A stretch of 64,000 nt of DNA from a virus. Lineage: Duplodnaviria; Heunggongvirae; Uroviricota; Caudoviricetes. Position 1 is the stretch's first letter. Every line of letters starts with the position of its first letter. Location of the stretch: IMG/VR virus record IMGVR_UViG_3300013288_000004, positions 191,360 through 255,359 of that record; one strand, 5' to 3'. Below are positions 54,749 to 64,000 of this stretch, piece after piece. Below the pieces are notes generated by a model. That model searched no databases. It was given only the letters and a program-made list of their open reading frames with translations, and was not told the origin of the DNA. Made by a program: the position numbers and the translations under genes.

Positions 54749-56485
54749 TTAAGAGTTTAAGGTTTTATCAACGTCCTTAATTGATACCACTTTTGTTGAA
54801 TTCACTGTAGGAGCTTTTAATTCTTCTATAGCAGATTTTGCGTTCTTCAATTCTTTACGTCGATCTCTTTCCAAGAAAATCCACTGATTTTTTATGCTAG
54901 ACCATCTATACAATCGCGCAGCAATGTCGGCCCCTAAATTAGTATATGTAAGTCTATGATAATCACCATCTTGTGGAGTTGCTGGAAATTCATCACCTTC
55001 CGTATAGGGTAAACCATTTGGCGGTAATGCGTCAATCCCTAAAGCATCGCGTCTTCTATCTAATTTTTGTAGATTCATGAACGGTCTATCATTACTAAAT
55101 TGTAGCAATTCGTCTGATAGTTTAGGAACATTGGCGAAATCAGAACCCTCTTGAGGAACCATTGTGTTGGCGTCTGCTTTTATTGTTTGTGATATATTGT
55201 GCAAATCCTGATACTTTTCATTATTACCATCATATATGTCAGATAGTCCCATAGTATTAATTTTAGCGGTATTTTTTCCGAAAATATCTCTGGTTTCTGT
55301 GGACGCCAATGCTGGTGTGCATATTAACATCTGCATGGTAGGTTTCCAATTTGGTGTATAACTATTCACGCTCCATCCAACTGATTGTACTTCTACATAC
55401 TTCTTTACTGGGCGTAAGGTAGAAGTGTATTGTGTTTCGCTTGGAAGTTCTATTATATCACCTATGACAAATGGTCTACCAAGTCTAGTAACAGCCTGAT
55501 CAAATGATACCTCTAAAGCATATTCGTTATCATCCATCAATTGTCCCCATTTACCCATAGTGCTTCTCATGTCTAATGGTGTGTATTGGGCCTTTAGTTT
55601 TATAGGTAATAGTGCATATTCTATATCTCTATTTTCTAGAAATATTCTATCTTGTATATTGTAAATATGAGTATCTTCATAGTCCATCATCTGTAAAGCC
55701 TGAACGCTCCAATAATCGTTTGGACCGCCATTGAATGTTATAGGACGCAATCTCCACCAACGAGATGGTACAGTTTTTCTAACAGAGATCGTCACCAAAC
55801 CGTCACAGTCAGGTAATTGGACTACTGCCGCTCCATACCATATCACACCATCATTGGAGCGCTCTAGCCTCGCTGTGGTCACTCTGTTGGTTGAGCAATT
55901 TTGTTTTATTCTTATTCTTGTTACATCTTTCTTTACATATGTGTCAATACCATAACGAAGGCGACCATTGTCTAAACGAATTGGGCCAAAATCATACCCA
56001 ATATATGATTTAGCAGCAACATCTGTTCCAAATTCTTGCGATCTCCACTCTGTTATATACTTATCAAATGCATTCAACGGTTCAAAACCCGGTAGATAAC
56101 TTGAAGCGATTGCTGCTCCACTACCGGTCAAATCTGTCAATGCTCCTTGTTCGTGCACACCTAACATTTTATATACATTTATATCCGCACCGCCAATATT
56201 TAAAGCTTCTTCTATTACTGAGGATATTAAACATGATTCTGGTCCAGTAGATAAATCATATCCAGTGCATAAATTGGATGATGGGCATATTACTCCAGAT
56301 GGTGTTGTTACGCATGATGGAGTACCGCCACTCGTCGGTGGAGTAGTCGCAATTGGACGACCTTGGTCATCAAGTTCACAGTTACCAACCTGAGTTAATG
56401 GATCTTCGTTTGTTATCCCACAATCAGCCCCGGATAAATTTAATTCTTGTTTTGGTGGTAGATTACATGATTGACAGTCTGCCAT
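54749..56485 (-). CDS. Neck/head-completion protein (gp14-like) with an inserted discoidin-like domain
   Basis: GGADINVY..IQDRIFLENRD..LGR..GDIIELP; insert contains WYGAAV..RWWRL..WSVQALQM. Confidence 0.65.
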   Translation of the reverse strand: MADCQSCNLPPKQELNLSGADCGITNEDPLTQVGNCELDDQGRPIATTPPTSGGTPSCVTTPSGVICPSSNLCTGYDLSTGPESCLISSVIEEALNIGGADINVYKMLGVHEQGALTDLTGSGAAIASSYLPGFEPLNAFDKYITEWRSQEFGTDVAAKSYIGYDFGPIRLDNGRLRYGIDTYVKKDVTRIRIKQNCSTNRVTTARLERSNDGVIWYGAAVVQLPDCDGLVTISVRKTVPSRWWRLRPITFNGGPNDYWSVQALQMMDYEDTHIYNIQDRIFLENRDIEYALLPIKLKAQYTPLDMRSTMGKWGQLMDDNEYALEVSFDQAVTRLGRPFVIGDIIELPSETQYTSTLRPVKKYVEVQSVGWSVNSYTPNWKPTMQMLICTPALASTETRDIFGKNTAKINTMGLSDIYDGNNEKYQDLHNISQTIKADANTMVPQEGSDFANVPKLSDELLQFSNDRPFMNLQKLDRRRDALGIDALPPNGLPYTEGDEFPATPQDGDYHRLTYTNLGADIAARLYRWSSIKNQWIFLERDRRKELKNAKSAIEELKAPTVNSTKVVSIKDVDKTLNS

Positions 56486-56488
56486 GGG

Positions 56489-59416
56489 TTATCCTATTAT
56501 CAACATTGGCGCAGCACCATATTCATGCAAATTCTGCATAGACCAATCGGTTAGCATCAAACGCAGTTCCTGCTTCTCTGTTTCTGCCTGTGTAATCAAT
56601 TCTTGCGAATTTAAGGTTGTGCTGCCACTTGGTCCCGGTAAAGTCTGGAACTTGCCTCTAATCTGAGAGAGAATCTGTTTAGCTTCTGCAACCGCCCATC
56701 TCTGTAACCATAAATTGGTTTGGCGATCAGTCATCAAATCCTGTTCAGTTCTTTCAAATGTTGCATCAACCAAAACTCTTTCATTTCCGGGAATGATTTG
56801 CTGTACTTTTAACTCTCTATTATATTCATACCAACTATAAGTTATTTTTGTAGCGAAAAGAGTTTCTAATTCTTCGATATATGAAGCCACTAAATGATAT
56901 GTTAATATATCGAAAGTTCCCATGGTGTATAATTGTTGAATTGCAGAATATGCGAATAATTCATTATTACCACCCGACCCTATTTTTAACCATCCGGGTT
57001 TCATTCTATGAATAGCCATGATATCAACAATTTTATTAAATCCAACACATTTGTTAGTCATTATATAAGTTTGTTGATTCTTCTTTAAATCTAAGAAAAA
57101 ATATCCCCTACGAACGGCTGCTCCAGAATATTTTCTCAGTTCTGCAAGTGCATTGTTTATACAAACATCAATTTCTTCTTTCTTCAATTCAACTCTAACA
57201 GATCCAGCGCCTAGAGTGCTTCTAATTATTGAATGAAGCTCTCTTCTCTCATCTGGTGAACCATCATCACCAACTCCAAGCTGAAGATAGGACTGACCGC
57301 CAGCAAGCCCCGATGCTCCAGAAATTGGTTCATAATAGATAACACGCTGCGTCATGTTAGATAATAAATCTGTATTCTCTGTAACTATTTCGACGCCGTA
57401 TTGGCAACCAGCATCTCTGGTAAAAAATCTAAGTACGCTTCTACCATCTTTCTTAGTAGGAGCTATCAACTCTACATTAGCAATAGACAATTTGACCACC
57501 CATGTAGACCCGTTCCAAGAATATAATTTTTCATCTAATACATTGAACCACAATGTTCCCACTGCTGGAGTTAATGGTACATATGATGGAGTTACAACCG
57601 TCCACCCCAAACCATTCCAAATGTTAAGTATTTCCGTTTCAGGATTGTACCAATATTCACCATCCTCTATTTCATATGGATCTTCTAGACTGATTATAGG
57701 ATCTAATAATGTCCACTCTGAACCATCATATACATAATAGTTAGTACCGTCAAACCAAACGGTATCCGGAGACATATTATCAGGGTCTTGCGGAGAATCT
57801 ATGTAATCAGCAACTCCACATGAACTGTCGCGGATAACCTTTAAAGTGTTATCATCCGGGTTAAACCATACAGCGCATTCTGGTAAAGTCGCAGCCTCCG
57901 ATGGGTCCGTATCAGTTCTAAAGAATGTATCCGGCAGAACCCATTGAGAATTAACAACATCCCAGATATACAAATCATCTATCGTTGTTGCGGTATTCCA
58001 CCACAAATCACATGATTTTCTATCCATAGGGTCGGTAGGGTACGAAGTAAACTCTTGTACAACCCACAACAGGTCTTCATTATCTCTTCTGTATAAAACT
58101 CTTTCGGTTGGAACATACCAGAATACAGTGTTAATCGGATATTCTTCATTCGGATCATCACCATCTTCATTCCTTTCCGCATAAACAACAACATTTAATT
58201 CTGACCACTGATCGCCAACATATTGATACATCAACTCGTCAGTCTCATTAAACCAAAAATCACCTGTTTCTAAATCGTTTGGATCTTTATCTGATAATAA
58301 TACTAACTTTTCTTTCCATCGTTTTTCTCTATCATCCCACTTATAGAACAAATCGATAGCATCGTCATACCAGAAAGTATTACATGATAATAATGGTGGT
58401 AATAATGGATTTCTAGTTTGTATATAAACACATAGTTTACACCAATGGTTTCCATCCCATTGATACACGTCAGTACCATTAAACCACAATTCTCCACATG
58501 ATAAATCAGTTGGAGTACTGGATGCATTTATAGTCTCTACCAAAACCCACCCAGACGTTTCATATCTGTAAAGGTTTGTTCCAGACAACCAGTATTCACC
58601 CATCTGTGGAATAGATGGATCATTATCAGAAACAATTATTTCAATTGTATTATGTGTTAAACCGGTCCATTGGTATAGTTTAGCATTTGTCTTATCAAGA
58701 TATAGATGATCTTTTGACGGGTATGTTTCACTGATGATTGGGTTCTCTAAGAGGGCGAACTGTTTATTGAATTCTTTTACCAAATCACCAAAATTAATAG
58801 CATTAACACCATTAATATTAACAGTGTACTCTACATCATTTATGCTTATTTTTTGTGTATAATTTGTATGACGCAAACCGGTCTTTAAAGATGGTTTTAT
58901 TCCTCCAACCACATCTATACCGACATCCTGATATGCTACTATATCTGGTGCACCACCTTCCTGTTCTCCGGTAGGGAGCGAATAAGCATGAACACCTTCT
59001 CTATGATATCTACCAACCTTATCAACAGCATAAGCAGAAAAATAATATGGAGTTTTTTCCAACACGTTATTTACAACTAATCTAGTTGTTGTTTTATTGT
59101 GATAGAACGCTCCAACTACTAGGGCACCGTCAATTACATCACCAACATGTAAATTTTTATCCGCTGTTGGATCATAAGAATAATACGTAGCATCAGTTGG
59201 AGATGTTGAAAGATAATTTGCAGCTTTAGAATTTACAGTAATGACTATTCCGTCATATGCGCCCGGAACATCTGAACCGCAACCCGCCGCTGGTGCTGGA
59301 ACATTCCAAGTAAGAATAGCCGTATTATTTGCGCCACGCTCATACTTAAGAGTGATCTCTCGCCCCTCTTTTATAATAGCGTTAGGAGCGTCGGCAAAAT
59401 TATCATAGATACCCAT
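56489..59416 (-). CDS. Greatly enlarged neck protein (gp13-like C-terminus) with Trp-rich repeats
   Basis: C-terminal LGAGSVRVEL..CINNAL..W...A.A.AKQIL.QIRGKF..GP.G..LN; many G.LWFN/WDG repeats. Confidence 0.75.
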   Translation of the reverse strand: MGIYDNFADAPNAIIKEGREITLKYERGANNTAILTWNVPAPAAGCGSDVPGAYDGIVITVNSKAANYLSTSPTDATYYSYDPTADKNLHVGDVIDGALVVGAFYHNKTTTRLVVNNVLEKTPYYFSAYAVDKVGRYHREGVHAYSLPTGEQEGGAPDIVAYQDVGIDVVGGIKPSLKTGLRHTNYTQKISINDVEYTVNINGVNAINFGDLVKEFNKQFALLENPIISETYPSKDHLYLDKTNAKLYQWTGLTHNTIEIIVSDNDPSIPQMGEYWLSGTNLYRYETSGWVLVETINASSTPTDLSCGELWFNGTDVYQWDGNHWCKLCVYIQTRNPLLPPLLSCNTFWYDDAIDLFYKWDDREKRWKEKLVLLSDKDPNDLETGDFWFNETDELMYQYVGDQWSELNVVVYAERNEDGDDPNEEYPINTVFWYVPTERVLYRRDNEDLLWVVQEFTSYPTDPMDRKSCDLWWNTATTIDDLYIWDVVNSQWVLPDTFFRTDTDPSEAATLPECAVWFNPDDNTLKVIRDSSCGVADYIDSPQDPDNMSPDTVWFDGTNYYVYDGSEWTLLDPIISLEDPYEIEDGEYWYNPETEILNIWNGLGWTVVTPSYVPLTPAVGTLWFNVLDEKLYSWNGSTWVVKLSIANVELIAPTKKDGRSVLRFFTRDAGCQYGVEIVTENTDLLSNMTQRVIYYEPISGASGLAGGQSYLQLGVGDDGSPDERRELHSIIRSTLGAGSVRVELKKEEIDVCINNALAELRKYSGAAVRRGYFFLDLKKNQQTYIMTNKCVGFNKIVDIMAIHRMKPGWLKIGSGGNNELFAYSAIQQLYTMGTFDILTYHLVASYIEELETLFATKITYSWYEYNRELKVQQIIPGNERVLVDATFERTEQDLMTDRQTNLWLQRWAVAEAKQILSQIRGKFQTLPGPSGSTTLNSQELITQAETEKQELRLMLTDWSMQNLHEYGAAPMLIIG

Positions 59417-59440
59417 TTAATAAATCCTAATATATAGGAT

Positions 59441-59448
59441 TATTTATA
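59441..59448 (-). promoter_or_regulatory. T4-type late promoter
   Basis: TATAAATA upstream of the neck genes. Confidence 0.65.
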
Positions 59449-59452
59449 GATA

Positions 59453-60109
59453 TCAATGTTCAATAACGTTGCCTTTATATGTCTGCCCAGCAATGTCACC
59501 ATTTAAATCTCTCAATGACCTCTCAGCATCTCCAACTAATGCAACCAATAATAAATTCATAATCAAAAAGAATGTATTAGTACGTGTCTTATTATTAGTA
59601 TAAACACTAGAATCGGTCAATATTGTAACATATTCATTAATCATTCCGAAATTTGGTGATGCCCAATTTTTAAATTTGTTAATAGCGGCTACCGGTATTT
59701 GTTGTTGAGAACAATCGGCAACCCACGAATTTATAGAAGACACCATAATGTTGCTAATCTCAACGCCCCATCTATCAGAATCCCAATCCTCCATATTCAT
59801 ATCAGTTATTTCCATGCATGTTTCATAAAAACGTTTAGTCAATAGATATAACATATCAATAAAGACTTGTTGTTTTACCGGAGTATCTGGGGAAATTTGT
59901 AAATTAGGTAATTCAACCATCATTCGATATTGAGCATATCGAAAAAATGGATGATATTTTAAATTTGCTTCATCTTCAACATTTTTATCGGAAAACAAAG
60001 GAGCGAATGATTTTTCTTTAACTATAAGTAGATAAGCGAATATTACAATACAAAAGATAAGGAAGCCTCCCCACCCATAAGTAGATAAAAAATCTAATAA
60101 TTTTTCCAT
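59453..60109 (-). CDS. Single-pass membrane protein
   Basis: N-terminal TM GGFLIFCIVIFAYLLIV. Confidence 0.7.
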   Translation of the reverse strand: MEKLLDFLSTYGWGGFLIFCIVIFAYLLIVKEKSFAPLFSDKNVEDEANLKYHPFFRYAQYRMMVELPNLQISPDTPVKQQVFIDMLYLLTKRFYETCMEITDMNMEDWDSDRWGVEISNIMVSSINSWVADCSQQQIPVAAINKFKNWASPNFGMINEYVTILTDSSVYTNNKTRTNTFFLIMNLLLVALVGDAERSLRDLNGDIAGQTYKGNVIEH

Positions 60110-60158
60110 TACTCTTCCAAAAATTTGTCTATAATATTTATTTTACGCGCACAAATTT

Positions 60159-60470
60159 TCAGATTAAAATGCAGGTCGAATCTACCCAGTTGTTAAATTT
60201 GGATATTGACCACGAGGGAAACAATTTAGCGCCCTCATTAATACAGATAAATCTGGCAACCAGATTGTCACCATCTTTTTCCCATGTAACTTCTATAACA
60301 TCTTTTGGTTTTAATGAAATATAGTCTTTTTCATTATCATCTATGTGTTCTGATACTGGCAATTTACAGTATTTGGTAACATAATACATTTTCTTAATTT
60401 TGGCAGCATCTTCCGCAGCCATCCTTAGTACATTTTTAGATTCTATATACTCACTAAATGTCAAAAACAT
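60159..60470 (-). CDS. hypothetical protein with a CTS-like leader
   Basis: MFLTFSEYIES; late promoter upstream. Confidence 0.7.
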   Translation of the reverse strand: MFLTFSEYIESKNVLRMAAEDAAKIKKMYYVTKYCKLPVSEHIDDNEKDYISLKPKDVIEVTWEKDGDNLVARFICINEGAKLFPSWSISKFNNWVDSTCILI

Positions 60471-60491
60471 ATTCTATCTTCTTTTTTATAG

Positions 60492-60499
60492 TATTTATA
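60492..60499 (-). promoter_or_regulatory. T4-type late promoter
   Basis: TATAAATA. Confidence 0.65.
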
Positions 60500-60928
60500 T
60501 TATGATGGGAGATATTGCTTAATCATCAAATCTTCATTGTCTTTAATACCTAAAGACAAGAATTCTTTGACAGCATTACTACTAGAAGTTATCGCCCACT
60601 TATTACCAACATACCCCAATGATCTACCCAGCCCTATACAGCCTCTAAGGTCGTCCATGGTGTTTGCAGCGTGAAACAGTATAGCAGACCTCTGAAAGTT
60701 TGAATCCTCCTGTAGACTCACTGTGCCCCCTACAACAGCTAGTGTTCTACCGAACGTAGGAGAATTATACCAAACGACCTTATAACGTCCTTCTGGAATG
60801 CATGATACGGATTTTTTATTATCTTCCCATGGTCTTTCAATTGTGAAATATCTATTCTCACCATAGATCAAACGTCCAAAGGCTCCGAATGGTGTATAAC
60901 CGAATCGTTCTAATAAAATGTAACTCAT
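60500..60928 (-). CDS. DUF5675-family protein (L,D-peptidase-like)
   Basis: FGRL..FTIERPWEDNK..SCIPEGRY..RSAILFHAAN..GCIGLG..SSNA. Confidence 0.8.
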   Translation of the reverse strand: MSYILLERFGYTPFGAFGRLIYGENRYFTIERPWEDNKKSVSCIPEGRYKVVWYNSPTFGRTLAVVGGTVSLQEDSNFQRSAILFHAANTMDDLRGCIGLGRSLGYVGNKWAITSSSNAVKEFLSLGIKDNEDLMIKQYLPS

Positions 60929-61224
60929 GTAAATTCCTTAATTAATTCGGAATATTTAGTAACAGTAATTGGAACTATGAAATTATTCTTAAGATGGAAT
61001 ATTCTGAAAATTACATCATTTTCATCAGGTAAAGGAATACACCTAAAAAAATATAACGGGAATGCTTTTGATAATAATATTCCTAATTTATTCGCAGTTG
61101 TATAATCGTTAACCTCAAAAGGATAAGATTTTAATATGTTGCCAAAAGCTTGTTTTTGCTCTTCATCAATATTATTAAAAAATTTGTCAATCATCTTTAC
61201 TCTCATTTTGTTGATATTTATCAT
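60925..61224 (-). CDS. hypothetical protein
   Basis: Coupled ORF. Confidence 0.6.
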   Translation of the reverse strand: MININKMRVKMIDKFFNNIDEEQKQAFGNILKSYPFEVNDYTTANKLGILLSKAFPLYFFRCIPLPDENDVIFRIFHLKNNFIVPITVTKYSELIKEFT

Positions 61225-61292
61225 TGTAAATTGTTAAAGTACGGAGTTTTTTTACTGTTCTAAATAATTTGTATAGAAATAAGAGAAAATAA

Positions 61293-63128
61293 ATGAAATA
61301 CACCCGCGAACACATAGAAGGTTTGGTCGTACACATCATACTCGACAAACCACTTGATATAGATGATACATTAGAAATTTATATACAAAAAGAACTTATA
61401 AAGAAATTGCACAATGACGGTGTAATAGTATTTGTATCAAATATGAAAACAGATACTAAAAACCACGAATATAATATTAGAGTAATTATTTTTGATTCAA
61501 ACTTAACATTACAAGATTTCATTATATTATATAATGCGGACACGTTATCTCGCTATGGGGTAAAAAGTTGGGTATTTAGTACGGAAGACATACGAAAAGA
61601 AAAAATGGCGTCCGACCAAAAATATGCCGATGTTGTGAAATTCTATTCCGAAAATAATGGGCGCGTGGAACCAAAAACATCAACATATGATTATGACGAA
61701 ATTAAAAATATAGTATTTAATGTTTGTGATAATAATTTAAACAGAGAAAGTGAAAAGGTTAATCTGTCTGAATTATCAAATAAAATAAAAGCAGCTATTG
61801 AACCCGTAATGAAAAAGACTACAGATACATTACATGTATGGACTGAATATGTTGATATGTTGAATAAGAATGGTTTTCATTCTAAAATGGGAGACATAAC
61901 TATCCATGTTGATATATTCGAAGCTCCATTTGGCAAGCTTTATAACTTTGTATTTGTATATCAAACCACTACAAAAGAAACCATAAAACAGGAAGAAAAA
62001 CCTCTTGAGGTTTATAATTATACAGAGTTACAGTACATTATAAAACAATGTTGCTCGAATAATATGCCTAATTTATCCAAAGATAAACTCATTAGAGATA
62101 TAACATTGGCAATCAAACCAAAATTACTATCACAATTACACACAATAGAAGTGATAATCCAAAATGGTTGCTCAGATAATGCTATAGTCGCTAATGTGAA
62201 CATATTGAGTTACAACAAAAAAATATTCAATATTTTCGTTACATATAAAGCACCTAAATCATTACAATCTGAGGTAGAACCAATGAGCACATCGACAAAC
62301 AAAAATTATAAAGAACATATCGAAAACATAATACATAAAGCGGTAAGAACTCATTATGACTGGAAAAAATATAAGTCAATGGATGAATATGTTGGTGCCA
62401 TGGTATACAACTATTGTTTAAATCATGAAGACATTGAGTTCAAAGAAATAACAAACGAAGGAAAATCACTGTTCAATGATTACCAATATAAAGTGACTCT
62501 GATGAACTTAAACACTAATATGGAAGAAGGTTTGTTGATTGTTGGAAGTTTCGAAAGAGCCATTCACAATTTAGAAAAAAATTGGTTAGAGCAAGAAGAG
62601 ATACCTCTCAAAGTACCTACCAAACAATCCACTTCATATGACGGTTCTGATGTTCATTATAATTCATATTGTAGAGTCAAGAAACTATACTCAGGTTATG
62701 GTTGCGGTCAACCTAACGAAAAGCTAGAAATAGAACATAAAGAAAACACCAACTACCCGGCATTTTTAACTAAGAGTGATATGGGAATATTAGCAACCTT
62801 GACCAAGGTCTTTTTATTACATGGTGATACCACATATGATAATTACGTATTAGAACAAGCTGATCAACTATTACCAGACAAGAAATTTAAGATAGTAAGA
62901 AAAGATAAATTGGAAGACTCTTATTTCTATGTTTCCAATCACGCAGAATCGGTATGGTCAAAAGTCACATTATTAGAGCTAGTCAAACCAACCATAGAGA
63001 AACAGTTGAATAAAAAGGTTGAAATAGATTATGAACAGTTGCAGATACTGATAAAATCGTACAATGATAATGGCGGGAACATAATGTATGATTATGATAA
63101 TGATAGGTTGATTGAACGGTTGGACTGA
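61293..63128 (+). CDS. Large hypothetical protein with divergent repeated domains
   Basis: Recurrent YDYDEIKNIV / YNYTELQYII / NYKEHIENII / YTREHIEGLV segments. Confidence 0.8.
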   Translation: MKYTREHIEGLVVHIILDKPLDIDDTLEIYIQKELIKKLHNDGVIVFVSNMKTDTKNHEYNIRVIIFDSNLTLQDFIILYNADTLSRYGVKSWVFSTEDIRKEKMASDQKYADVVKFYSENNGRVEPKTSTYDYDEIKNIVFNVCDNNLNRESEKVNLSELSNKIKAAIEPVMKKTTDTLHVWTEYVDMLNKNGFHSKMGDITIHVDIFEAPFGKLYNFVFVYQTTTKETIKQEEKPLEVYNYTELQYIIKQCCSNNMPNLSKDKLIRDITLAIKPKLLSQLHTIEVIIQNGCSDNAIVANVNILSYNKKIFNIFVTYKAPKSLQSEVEPMSTSTNKNYKEHIENIIHKAVRTHYDWKKYKSMDEYVGAMVYNYCLNHEDIEFKEITNEGKSLFNDYQYKVTLMNLNTNMEEGLLIVGSFERAIHNLEKNWLEQEEIPLKVPTKQSTSYDGSDVHYNSYCRVKKLYSGYGCGQPNEKLEIEHKENTNYPAFLTKSDMGILATLTKVFLLHGDTTYDNYVLEQADQLLPDKKFKIVRKDKLEDSYFYVSNHAESVWSKVTLLELVKPTIEKQLNKKVEIDYEQLQILIKSYNDNGGNIMYDYDNDRLIERLD

Positions 63129-63133
63129 AATAA

Positions 63134-63167
63134 AAAAGAGGAATGTTGATATCAACATTCCTCTTTT
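63134..63167. terminator. Perfect 34 bp palindrome at a convergent junction
   Basis: aaaagaggaatgttgat|atcaacattcctctttt. Confidence 0.85.
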
Positions 63168-63175
63168 GGTAAACG

Positions 63176-64000
63176 TTATTTATTATCTATAGTAAATTTG
63201 AAATTACCACAATCCCAAAACCTATCATATCCAAGGTTCAACATATTTTGATATTCCGTCAGCTTTTCATCGAACTCATTTGGGAATAATTTTTTAATAT
63301 TATGTTTAGCAAACTTAAAGCGATGGTGGACAACACCATCTTTTGAATAGTAATAATTTTGATCAGAATCTTGGTCTTGGGTAAATCCTAAAGTTTTATA
63401 TAAATTTCCAGACTTACTCCAACGTTTATCAGCATAACTATAGATCTGTTTCCATTTATAATTATCTTTAAAATACTTCAGCATTTTAGATGCTGTGCCA
63501 ACTACATTATAATTAACATCAGATGCAAAACGCGAAAGCTCATACACACCTTCTTCAAATTTCTTTTTCATAATCATACGCGGAGTCGTCATAGTCATAA
63601 CAGAAACCAATTTATCGCCTAAAAAACATCCAATCTTAATAGGCGAATTGCAATTACCTTGGACATGGTTCGCCAATAGAAAATCTTTCTTTTCTTTATT
63701 TGAAATTTCTCTTACCGTACATTTTCTAGCATATATTTTTTGTTTGTTATTCAAACCAACTATATGACGAATTTTCGAAAGTATTAAATTCTTGTGATTG
63801 TCCCATTCATGCTCAAAAACTGGAACATAATGAAAGCCTGCGTCTTTAGCTGCTTTATATGTGTTTAGGTTTAATCTTCTATTAAGATTGAACGATTCTT
63901 TATTTTCTTCAAATAATAGTAGAGAAAACAATGTATCATTATATTTTAGATCGAAAGAGTGATCGTTTATTTGGAAATTCTCTTCAAAGATATTATTGAA
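63176..64000 (-). mobile_element. Homing endonuclease (Hef-like C-terminus), 5'-truncated by the window
   Basis: KIYARKC.VREI..FLLANHVQG..YELSRF..SYADKRWS.G..Y..GF..WDCG; the frame stays open to 64000. Confidence 0.75.

Noticed and set aside
59453-60109. T4 holin (gpT) call based on the 218 aa length and single TM
   Set aside because: No recognisable sequence similarity; left as a membrane protein.
2425-62203. Numerous short ORFs antisense to or nested in well-supported genes (e.g. 10237, 10499, 14117, 24075, 27314, 53161, 57354)
   Set aside because: No motifs or SD; expected shadow frames of real genes.

Overview
A 64 kb internal segment of an AT-rich, T4-like jumbo myophage genome. It uses the standard genetic code, and most genes are on the minus strand. 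The right half holds core modules: gp13/gp14-like neck proteins, gp41 helicase, large and putative small terminase, gp32 SSB, UvsX/UvsY/UvsW, clamp-loader subunits, a GroES-like co-chaperonin and virion fibre-like paralogs. The left half is accessory and counter-defence: an Acb1/57B homolog, a second 2H phosphoesterase, a PDE-like HD protein, NADAR, NAMPT plus NMNAT-Nudix NAD salvage, an ART-like protein, two RNA ligases, Thg1, nucleotide metabolism genes, endolysin and spanins. T4-type late promoters (TATAAATA and variants), sigma70 promoters and intrinsic terminators are visible. I found no tRNA, rRNA or CRISPR array. Four observations stand out. (1) An RNA ligase is fractured by a naturally split intein (100 aa IntN, 35 aa IntC), with a free-standing endonuclease between the halves. 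(2) An NAD-dependent DNA ligase is broken into two genes by an antisense endonuclease with no intein and no room for an intron, and the C-half has its own promoter. (3) A miniature family-C (DnaE-like) polymerase core is split into two genes about 8.3 kb apart, exactly at the palm. (4) A 20-nt bulged hairpin with a compensatory base-pair change covers the ribosome-binding site of both NAD-salvage genes and of one unknown gene, suggesting a phage NAD translational regulon. All family calls are from motif recognition by eye; no database searches were run.
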